A model generated the notes under the pieces. The model made no database searches. It was given only the letters and a program-made list of their open reading frames with translations, and was not told the origin of the DNA. Positions 50,049 to 58,600 of a stretch of DNA of 64,000 nucleotides are shown piece by piece (the first letter of the stretch is position 1; each line of letters starts with the position of its first letter). Location: the NCBI GenBank assembly GCA_905200615.1, contig CAJKLB010000005.1, forward strand, positions 1,449 through 65,448, written 5' to 3'. The stretch comes from an uncultured Selenomonadales bacterium. Lineage in GTDB: Bacteria > Bacillota > Clostridia > Christensenellales > QALW01. Position numbers and translations under genes: made by a program.

Positions 50049-50594
50049 ATGAACAAATTAGAAGCAGAACGGCGCTTTGCACAGCGTATGAAGGACAACT
50101 ACCCACCCGGCACACGCATCATGCTTTTGCAGATGGGCGATGATCCCCACCCCATCGAGCCGAACACAAGAGGTACGGTCGAAGTTGTCGATGATATGGG
50201 AACGCTGCACTGTATTTTTGATAATGGCAGACAGCTTGGTATTGTTCCCGGCGAGGACAATTTCCGCAGGCTCACCGATCAGGAGCTTGCAGAAGAAAAG
50301 GACAGCCAGAAAAGACAATTGACAGAAATGTCAGAGGATGAGTTATATGAAAGGAATATCATTAGGTTCGACAACTTTGATGATTTTTTTGATTTCATCT
50401 ACGATGAGAACACCGACAAAGCTGATATTATCAACGATATGTCCCAACAGATGAAAAGGCAGCTTGTTTCAGAGAATTACGGTGAACGGTTTATTGAAGC
50501 AGACGGCGCGTTTTATTACAATTCCGAATGCTTCACACAGATGGCTTTACTGCAGAGTGACGAAGAAGATAACGCTCCCGTTTACGGAATGTGA
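50049..50594 (+). CDS. DUF4314-domain protein
   Basis: PGTRIMLLQMGDDPHPIEPNTRGTVEVVDDMGTLHCIFDNGRQLGIVPGEDNFRRL matches the DUF4314 pattern as recalled from memory. Confidence 0.55.
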   Translation: MNKLEAERRFAQRMKDNYPPGTRIMLLQMGDDPHPIEPNTRGTVEVVDDMGTLHCIFDNGRQLGIVPGEDNFRRLTDQELAEEKDSQKRQLTEMSEDELYERNIIRFDNFDDFFDFIYDENTDKADIINDMSQQMKRQLVSENYGERFIEADGAFYYNSECFTQMALLQSDEEDNAPVYGM

Positions 50595-50633
50595 GGTGGC
50601 ACGAAAAATAAATAGAAAGCGGTCGGATTTACT

Positions 50634-51740
50634 ATGCCAATCCGATTTTTTGATATGTTTGCAGGGATCGGCGGTTTCCGCTCAGGACTGGAAGCAGTCG
50701 GCGGCTACGAATGCATCGGTCACTGCGAGATAGATAAATATACAAATCAGGCATATAACGCTATCTACAATCCAAAAGGAGAACTGTATTTTGAAGACGC
50801 AAGAACTATCAACCCAAATGACCTGCCCGACATCGATCTCATCTGTGCGGGCTTTCCATGCCAAAGCTTCTCGGTTGCCGGAAAACGGCTCGGATTTGCA
50901 GACGATACAAGAGGAACTCTCTTCTTTGAGGTTGCCCGAATCGCTGAGGCGAAACGGCCTGCATATCTTCTCCTGGAAAATGTCCCCGGTTTGTTATCGC
51001 ATGACGGCGGCAGGACGCTTACTACCATCTTCTCCACGCTTACTGAGCTGGGGTATGATCTCGAATGGTGTGTGCATAACAGCGCAAATTTCGGAGTCCC
51101 GCAGCAGCGAAGGCGGCTGTACATTGTCGCAAGTTTTGGAGGACGAGGTGCCGGACGGATATTTCCTCTCACCTGCGGCAATGCGGAAAATCTTAAAGAG
51201 CTTATCCCCGGACCGCAGGGAGCGAGAGTTTACGAAACACACGGAGTAGCCTGCACGCAGACAGCAGGCTCCGGCGGATGGGGCGGTAAAACAGGATTGT
51301 ATTTTATTGATATGAATGTTAATCCCATCATTACCGATACAGCCCGATGCATTACGGCAAGACAGGACAGCGGAGTCAGCAATCACAGAGGCGAACACTC
51401 GGCTGTCCTTGTCACAGATGAGCCGAGGGCGATCCTTACACCCGACAGGGAGAAAGTCAGGCAGCAAGGCAGACGCATCAAAGAACCAAACGAGCCGATG
51501 TTCACGATAACGGCGCAGGATCGGCACGGCGTATGGCACAAAGGCAGAATCCGAAAGCTCATGCCGATCGAGTGCTGGCGCCTGCAGGGTTTCACCGATG
51601 AACAGTTTTACAAAGCACAGGCCACAGGTCTCTCGGACGGTCGGCTATACAAAATGGCGGGCAACGCGGTGAGCGTTCCCGTCATTTCTGCTATCGGGCA
51701 GAAAATCAAAGAAATTTACTATGAACAGGAGAAAAAATAA
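50634..51740 (+). CDS. DNA (cytosine-5)-methyltransferase
   Basis: Motif I FDMFAGIGGF, motif IV GFPCQSFS, motif VI ENV, motif VIII QRRRLYIV, and C-terminal GNAV. Confidence 0.9.
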   Translation: MPIRFFDMFAGIGGFRSGLEAVGGYECIGHCEIDKYTNQAYNAIYNPKGELYFEDARTINPNDLPDIDLICAGFPCQSFSVAGKRLGFADDTRGTLFFEVARIAEAKRPAYLLLENVPGLLSHDGGRTLTTIFSTLTELGYDLEWCVHNSANFGVPQQRRRLYIVASFGGRGAGRIFPLTCGNAENLKELIPGPQGARVYETHGVACTQTAGSGGWGGKTGLYFIDMNVNPIITDTARCITARQDSGVSNHRGEHSAVLVTDEPRAILTPDREKVRQQGRRIKEPNEPMFTITAQDRHGVWHKGRIRKLMPIECWRLQGFTDEQFYKAQATGLSDGRLYKMAGNAVSVPVISAIGQKIKEIYYEQEKK

Positions 51741-52793
51741 ATGCCGAATCATGTTGAAAACCATATATCGCTGCAAGGCGATCCCGCACAAATCCGCACC
51801 ATGCTGAAAGCCATACAGTCCGACGAGTATGGGATCGGCTCTGTGGATTTCAATAAGATCATCCCCATGCCGGAAAGCCTTAATATCGAAGCGGGCAGCC
51901 GAACCGACCGGGGATTGAAAGCCTACCGGGATTTTATCGAGGCGTATACTGCCGGACGGCCGGCAGAAGATGCATTAAAAGCGCTGGAAAACATTCCTGC
52001 GGAAAGCGAGGAAGCCTTTTTACGCCGGCGGACGGATATCAAGCACGATGAATGGGAGCTGGGCAAAACTGCATGGAATAATATCCGGCAGTACGGCGCC
52101 CCCACATGGTATGATTGGTGTATTGCGAACTGGGGAACAAAATGGAACGCCTATGGATACGATGATACAATCGACTATCATGACGGCACACCTCTGTATT
52201 TTCAAACCGCATGGTCTGCTCCTCATCCTGTCCTTGAAAAGCTGACGGAGATGTTTCCCGAAATTGAACTGGAACACGAATGGGCAGACGAGGATATCGG
52301 GCAGAACTGCGGCAGGTACAGCTATCGGGGCGGCGAGCGCATCGAAGAATACTTCCCCGAAAGTGAAAAGGAGGCAATTGAATTTGCCTGCCGGGTATGG
52401 GATTACGATCCGCTTGATATGGATTTGTGCCTGAATGCCGAGGGGACGAAATATATCAATGTAGAAAATGAGGGATATCAGCAGATCGAACTGCTGGGCA
52501 AGCCTGCCCTGTTTACCAATGCCCGCCTGACGGATGCGGATATCCCGCAGGGACTGTACTGCTATCACCTGCGGCACAGCGATGACGGCGGCCGCTTCTG
52601 CTCGGTTGAACCAAGGGTGGGCGTCAATCACGGCGGCAGCGTTATCACAAAAGAACCGATTGATTTCGGAAAACAGGGATATATTTCTTTTACCGAGGAC
52701 ACCGAACCAAACTTCATCGGCGGAGAAGAAACGCTTGGAGAATTTCTCCGTTCGGATACACCGCAGGAAAGCGAGGTGATGATGCTGTGCTGA
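51741..52793 (+). CDS. DUF1281-like N-terminal domain plus LPD28-like C-terminal domain (polyvalent-protein-type module)
   Basis: N-terminal part has WCIANWGTKWNAYGY. C-terminal part has LFTNARLTDADIPQGLYCYHLRHSDDG. Confidence 0.5.
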   Translation: MPNHVENHISLQGDPAQIRTMLKAIQSDEYGIGSVDFNKIIPMPESLNIEAGSRTDRGLKAYRDFIEAYTAGRPAEDALKALENIPAESEEAFLRRRTDIKHDEWELGKTAWNNIRQYGAPTWYDWCIANWGTKWNAYGYDDTIDYHDGTPLYFQTAWSAPHPVLEKLTEMFPEIELEHEWADEDIGQNCGRYSYRGGERIEEYFPESEKEAIEFACRVWDYDPLDMDLCLNAEGTKYINVENEGYQQIELLGKPALFTNARLTDADIPQGLYCYHLRHSDDGGRFCSVEPRVGVNHGGSVITKEPIDFGKQGYISFTEDTEPNFIGGEETLGEFLRSDTPQESEVMMLC

Positions 52794-52924
52794 ACTTTAT
52801 CGTCGGTCTGCTGCTTGGCGGCTGTATTGCAGCAAGCGTACTTTGCTGTATACAGATCAACCGCACAGGATACTACGAACGGGAAATCCGCAGACTCCAG
52901 GCAAAACTGAATAACAAGGAATAA
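52787..52924 (+). CDS. DUF3789-like small membrane protein (45 aa, GTG start)
   Basis: Hand translation gives VLNFIVGLLLGGCIAASVLCCIQINRTGYYEREIRRLQAKLNNKE. It is below the ORF-track cutoff. Confidence 0.45.
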   Translation: MLNFIVGLLLGGCIAASVLCCIQINRTGYYEREIRRLQAKLNNKE

Positions 52925-53048
52925 GGGACGAGGTCGTTTTGCGTGTACGAAGCAATCGTACATGGAAAACGGTCTCGTTTTCTTTTTGTGCCGTGTATTC
53001 GTACACGCAGACGCCTCCGCAGGGAGGTGATCAATAATCAACAGCTTT

Positions 53049-53903
53049 ATGGCATGGGTGGGCGGAAAAAAGGCGCTGCGGGATGAAATCCTTGCCCGGT
53101 TTCCGCTGGATTACAAGCGGTATATCGAAGTGTTCGGCGGCGCAGGCTGGGTGCTGTTCCATAAACCGCCCGGAAACGATTTTGAAGTGTTCAACGATTT
53201 CAACGGCAATCTCGTCAATCTGTACCGTTGTGTGCGGGAGCAGCCGGAAAAGCTCTGCAACGAACTGCGGTATCTGCTGAACTCCCGTCTTGATTTTGAA
53301 TATATGAAGCAGATGCTCCACTCGCAGGCGGTTCTGCCCGATGTGCGCAGAGCCGCCTACTACTATGCGCTCATCCGTTACAGCTACGCAGCCGGAACCT
53401 CCACCTTCGGCAGCCAGCCCCACGCCATGTGGAACAATTTTCCCCTGATAGAAGCGGCGGCGTGCAGGCTGCAGAAAGTGATTGTCGAAAACAAGGACTG
53501 CAAAAAGCTCATTACGCAGTACGACCGGCCGGAGAGCTTCTTCTACTGCGATCCGCCGTATTATCAGGCGGATCGGTACTACGAAGCGGTGTCAGCGGAC
53601 GGCTTCGACCATCAGGGATTGGCGGAAACGCTGTTTGGCATCAAGGGCAAATTCCTGCTGTCATATAACGACTGCGCATTCATCCGGGAGCTGTATACCC
53701 GCCCCGGCATCGTGATCGAGGGAACGACAAGGCTCTCCAATATCGCACAGCGGTACGATAACGGAAAGCAGTACCCCGAACTTTTGATCTCCAACTACGA
53801 CACTACCGAGCTTGCCCGATCCTGTGTTCAGCTCACGCTGTTTAACGAGCTTGACACGCAGGAAATCTTAAACGAAAGGATACTTTACAATGGAACGATA
53901 TGA
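53049..53903 (+). CDS. DNA adenine methyltransferase (Dam / D12 class N6-MTase)
   Basis: WVGGKKALRDEI..., FGGAGWV, and the catalytic motif YCDPPYY. Confidence 0.88.
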   Translation: MAWVGGKKALRDEILARFPLDYKRYIEVFGGAGWVLFHKPPGNDFEVFNDFNGNLVNLYRCVREQPEKLCNELRYLLNSRLDFEYMKQMLHSQAVLPDVRRAAYYYALIRYSYAAGTSTFGSQPHAMWNNFPLIEAAACRLQKVIVENKDCKKLITQYDRPESFFYCDPPYYQADRYYEAVSADGFDHQGLAETLFGIKGKFLLSYNDCAFIRELYTRPGIVIEGTTRLSNIAQRYDNGKQYPELLISNYDTTELARSCVQLTLFNELDTQEILNERILYNGTI

Positions 53904-54129
53904 ATTTGAAATGATCCCCGTACCTGCAGAGACACTGGATGCTGTGGGAATTACTCCCGGCGTAACGGTGGAAGCATTTGCAGACGGCAGCCACATCGTC
54001 ATTCAGAAGGCGCCGGAGGATGACTTCTGCGAATCCTACAACGAGGACTGCGAGGGCTGCCCTTACTGCTGCCCCTGCTGCGGCGAATGCCTGAAAGAAC
54101 AATTCGGCGGAGGTGAAGATGGTGAATAA
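53890..54129 (+). CDS. AbrB/SpoVT-fold-like small protein with a C-terminal Cys cluster
   Basis: IPVPAETLDAVGITPGVTVEAFADGSHIVIQK, followed by CESYNEDCEGCPYCCPCCGEC. Confidence 0.45.
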   Translation: MERYEFEMIPVPAETLDAVGITPGVTVEAFADGSHIVIQKAPEDDFCESYNEDCEGCPYCCPCCGECLKEQFGGGEDGE

Positions 54130-54478
54130 GCTGTACCGCATTCTCGGAAAGCGAGGACGGATCACGATCCCCTATGAAATCAGGCGGCGCGTCGGATTTC
54201 AGTATAACGATGTGCTGTCCTTTACCGAGAAGGACGACCGCACCGTTGTGGTCAGACGGGAAAAAATCTGCGATAACTGCAAAGGAACACGGCCTGCTGT
54301 CAATAAGCAGGTGGACGGCATCACGCTGCTGCAGTTTCTGGACAGCCTTTCTGGCGAGGAACAACGGGCGGCGCTCATCCATCTGTCCGTAAAATGGGCG
54401 GAGCAGCAAGCCTGCGGCACGGATGAAAAAACAATGGAGGAAAGGAAATTGCAGAATGAAAATAAAAGCACAAATTGA
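54119..54478 (+). CDS. AbrB/MazE/SpoVT-family DNA-binding protein
   Basis: LGKRGRITIPYEIRRRVGFQYNDVLSFTEKDDRTVVVR. Confidence 0.6.
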   Translation: MVNKLYRILGKRGRITIPYEIRRRVGFQYNDVLSFTEKDDRTVVVRREKICDNCKGTRPAVNKQVDGITLLQFLDSLSGEEQRAALIHLSVKWAEQQACGTDEKTMEERKLQNENKSTN

Positions 54479-54797
54479 CCGCTTTATCGGAAAGGACAAC
54501 CGCATCAAGGCATATGCCAGCGTGATTCTCGGCGGCGAGTATGTCGTTCGGGATATTGCCGTGATGGACAGCAAAAACGGTCTGTTCGCAAGAATGCCCT
54601 GCCGGTCGTATAAAGACCGAAACGGCAATACGCAGTATTCGGATGTAGTGTTCGCGCTGAACGAAACCTCCCGCAATGCTGTCAGCGACGCGGTTCTGGA
54701 AGCCTACGAGCAGCGGCTGCACATGGAGGAAAATGAGTCGCAGGATTATGAAGAACAGGAGGAAAATGAAACCCCGGCTTTCGAGCAGAGGATGTGA
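54456..54797 (+). CDS. SpoVG-family protein
   Basis: IKAYASVILGGEYVVRDIAVMDSKNGLFARMP.R.YKDRNG....DVVFALN. Confidence 0.7.
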   Translation: MKIKAQIDRFIGKDNRIKAYASVILGGEYVVRDIAVMDSKNGLFARMPCRSYKDRNGNTQYSDVVFALNETSRNAVSDAVLEAYEQRLHMEENESQDYEEQEENETPAFEQRM

Positions 54798-54872
54798 CTT
54801 TTTTCAAAAAACATCTCATTCTCGCTGGACTTTCCGGTTTTTATCGGTATGCTGTAGGTAGAGGTGATCCGT

Positions 54873-55574
54873 ATGATAAAAATGAAACGATACGCGCTCC
54901 TCCTCGCAGGTCTGACGCTCATCAGCCTTGCAGGGTGCGGTAAACAAGAACCGCCGCTGACGATAACCGACAATCCATCCTCTGTCGGCACTTCGGCAGA
55001 TGTAACATCGGCTGCCGAATCAAGCGAGGATATTCCTGCCAGTCCGTCTGCTCCGGCGAAATCAGAGAATCCGGCAGAAAGCGTACCCGAAAATCAGGCA
55101 GAAGAAACAGAACCCCCGGCAGAGCCGTCCGGCACGGAATATGCCGCCGAACCCAAAGAGCCTGCACGGACAGAAGAAAAAACAAATCCTGTCTCGCCTG
55201 CACCAGCGCCGGAAGAACCGGAACCGCAAAAACCAACCTCTGCGTCCACACAGCCGCCTGCGGAGGAACCGCCCCAAAGCGAGCCGCCGCAGGAGAGCGC
55301 GCCGCCCGAAGAACCCGCTGTTCCCGATTTTAACATCCAGATCTGGATCGACTATGCCAAAACCTATGCTGTGAGCATTGGGCTGCGGCTGGAAAGCTCG
55401 GCGGTCGACTGCTGGGACAATCCCATCACGGCAGGCCCGCACAGCCTGTATCTGGAACGGGATATTCAGAGTCGGCTCAACCGCTATGCTCGTGACGAGG
55501 ATATTACCGACGTCTGGATATGGGCGGAAAAACGCCCCGACGGGAGCTACGATCTGTATATCGGCTACGCTTAA
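54873..55574 (+). CDS. Lipoprotein with a Pro/Glu-rich linker
   Basis: Lipobox LISLAGC follows a signal peptide. The central region is low-complexity and P/E/A-rich. Confidence 0.65.
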   Translation: MIKMKRYALLLAGLTLISLAGCGKQEPPLTITDNPSSVGTSADVTSAAESSEDIPASPSAPAKSENPAESVPENQAEETEPPAEPSGTEYAAEPKEPARTEEKTNPVSPAPAPEEPEPQKPTSASTQPPAEEPPQSEPPQESAPPEEPAVPDFNIQIWIDYAKTYAVSIGLRLESSAVDCWDNPITAGPHSLYLERDIQSRLNRYARDEDITDVWIWAEKRPDGSYDLYIGYA

Positions 55575-55603
55575 ACCAAAATCAAAACGGAATATTTCAT
55601 GTT

Positions 55604-55636
55604 AAACGCACTGTGTAAAAACCACGGTGCGTTTTT
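55604..55636 (+). terminator. Terminator-like hairpin between the lipoprotein and adhesin genes
   Basis: AAACGCACTGTG / CACGGTGCGTTT plus a T-run. Confidence 0.45.
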
Positions 55637-55658
55637 CATTTCAACAGGAGGTTTTCAA

Positions 55659-58600
55659 GTGAAAACGAAAAAATTCAAAAGAATCATGTCGCTGTTTCTG
55701 GCGGCGCTAATGTGCGTTACCACCCTTGCAGGTCTTGGTACGACCGCTTACGCCGCAGAAGAAACCGATGAGGTGTATCTTGTCTCCTTCCCCCGTGACG
55801 GGGATGACAACTACAGCAGAGAATGGGGACACGGCAGCCATGAGTTTATGAACGGCTGGTCGACCGATGGCTCGCGGTATACCTCTGTTTACGCTATGGG
55901 CTCATATACCGGCAATATCTGTTACTGTATTGAACCCGGCGTCACTCTTAAAACAGGCGACCGCTTTACCAAAAAGGGCGAAAACTTTTGGGACAATTAC
56001 CCCTCGTCCTATAACAAAACCATCACACCCGATGATATAAAGCTGTTTATCGGCAGAATCATGCAGTACGGCTACACGGGGACGATCTCGACCTCATGGC
56101 GTTCGCAGAACGAGGGCGGAGACAAGCTGGCTCACGCTGTCGCCACACAGCTTCTGATTTGGGAAACCGTGGTCGGCGAGCGTGACGAAGACTTTAACAA
56201 GGCAAGCACCGGCGGCAAGGACGCCATCCTCGAACAGATCAGCGCAGACCATCCCCTGCGCAGCAAGATCATGAGCTACTACAACTCTATTGCGGCGAGC
56301 GTCCAGAAGCATTCCAAGCTGCCGAGCTTCTTCTCCAAATCCACAGGCAAAGCACAGAATATTGAACTGGAATGGGACGGCGAACAGTACACCGCCACGC
56401 TGACCGACAAAAACAATGTGCTCTCCGATTATTCGTTCTCCGCAGGCACTTCGGGAATCCGCTTTTCCGTAAACGGCAATAAGCTGACGATCACCGCCGA
56501 CAAAGCGCCGGGCAGCACCGTCACGATCACCGCAGAAAAGAAAAATTCGCAAAGGCGGGGCGTTATCACCTGGACGGACGGCGTATACGGCCCGAACGGG
56601 GAGCTGCAGGATACCGTCACCTACGCGCAGTCGGTCAACGATCCTGTAAAAGGATACCTCAATATCAAGGTCTCGCAGGGATCGGCAAAGATTATCAAAA
56701 CCAGCGAGGACGGCAAGGTTGACGGGATTTCTTTCCGCATTCAGGGAAACGGAATTGACCAAATCGTTCAGACGAAAAACGGCGGGCAGATTCAGGTGGA
56801 TCATCTCAATCCGGGCGTCTACACCGTAACCGAGCAGACGGAAAACAAATACGAGCCGCAGGAAAGCCGCAGGGTAACTGTGGTATCCGGGCAGACGGCA
56901 ACCGTGACTTTCAACAATGTTCTGAAGCGCGGTGACCTCAAGGTGGTCAAGACCGCCGAGGACAATATGGCTGAGGGCGTGAAATTTCATCTTTACGGCA
57001 CTTCGCTCTCCGGCCTTGCCGTAGATGAATACGCTGTGACCGATGCATCGGGTACCGCTGTTTTTGAGGACGTCCTCATCTCCGGCAGTACGCCATACAC
57101 GCTCGAAGAAGTGGATACCGATATCAAATATGTAGTGCCGGAGAAACAGACCGCAGCTATCGAATGGAACAAGGTAACCAACAAAAGCTTTCACAATATC
57201 CTGAAAAAATGGAGCCTCACCGTCACCAAATCCGACAGTGAAAAAGGACTGCCGCAGGGGGACGCTTCTTTGGCTGGCGCCAAATACGGTGTATTCAACG
57301 GCGGGCAGCTCATGGATGTGTACGAAACCGACCGCAATGGGCAGTTCACCACAAAATCCTATGTCTGCGGAAATGACTGGTCTCTGCGGGAGATCGAGCC
57401 GAGCGAGGGATACCTGCTCAATACAGAATCTCTGCACATCGGCGCGGAAGCGAAGCTCTATACGGCGGAATTTAGTCTCACCGCGCCGCTTGACTCTTAC
57501 GAAACAGTCAAGAAAGGAAAAATCGCCGTGATCAAGCACTGCGATGACGGTGAAACACAGCTCGAAACGCCCGAAGAAGGCGCGGAATTTGAAGTGTTTC
57601 TGAAAAGCGCCGGAAGCTATGCAGACGCGGAAGAAACCGAACGGGATATCCTTGTCTGTGATTCGTATGGCTTTGCCGAGTCTAAACTGCTCCCATACGG
57701 AATATACACGGTAAAACAAACCAAAGGCTGGGACGGCAGGGAGCTGATGCCTGCCTTTGATGTGTTTGTAAGTGAAAACAACGAAGTTTACCGCTATCTC
57801 ATCAACAACGCCACATTTGAGTCTCTGATCGAGATCGTAAAAAAGGACGCGGAAACCGGCAGGGTGATCCCCGCCGCAGGCGTCGGCTTCAAGGTGAGGA
57901 ATACCGATACCGGCGAATATATCGTCCAGCACATCAACTACCCGACGCCGGTGGATATCGACACCTACTACACCGATAGCACTGGAAAGCTGATGATGCC
58001 CGAACCTCTCGGCTTCGGAAATTACGAGCTGATCGAGCAGTGCAGCGCATACGGGTATGTCCTTGACTCCACACCTGTACCGTTCAAAGTGGACGGCACA
58101 CAGGCCACCGTGGTGGTCGAAAAGCATAACACTCCGCAGAAAGGCACGATCACAGTCGGCAAGGCCGGCGATGTGTTCTCTTCCGTGACGGAAACAGACG
58201 GCGTCTATCAGCCGGTATACGATAATGCAGGGCTGGCGGGCGCAGTATACGAGGTGTATGCGGACGAGGACATCGTTACCCTTGACGGTACGGTCAGAGC
58301 AGAGAAGGATGCTCTCGTTGCAATCATTGAAACGGGATCTGACGGCTTCGGCACAAGCATTCCTTTATACCTCGGTAATTACCGAATCGTGGAAAAAACC
58401 GCTCCGTATTCTATGGTGCTGAACCAAGAAGCGAAATTTGCGGAGCTGACCTATGCAGGAGAAAATGTCGAGGTGACCTCTGCGGAGGTCTCGTTCTGTA
58501 ACGAGCGCCAGAGGGCGGAAATCAGCCTTTCCAAAATTCTGGAGCAGAACGAGTTGTTTGGCATTGGCGGAAACGGCGAAATCCTCTCGGTGCAGTTCGG

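Noticed and set aside
52020-52631. 203-aa ORF antisense to the DUF1281/LPD28 gene
   Set aside because: It is a shadow ORF. The sense frame carries the conserved WGTKWN and LPD28-like motifs.
56094-58127. 677-aa ORF antisense to the adhesin gene
   Set aside because: It lies entirely within, and opposite to, a gene with clear domain signatures. Its composition is R/G/F/V-biased and low in complexity, as expected for the mirror frame of D/E/T/V/K-rich codons. It has no RBS or independent motif. It is a shadow ORF.
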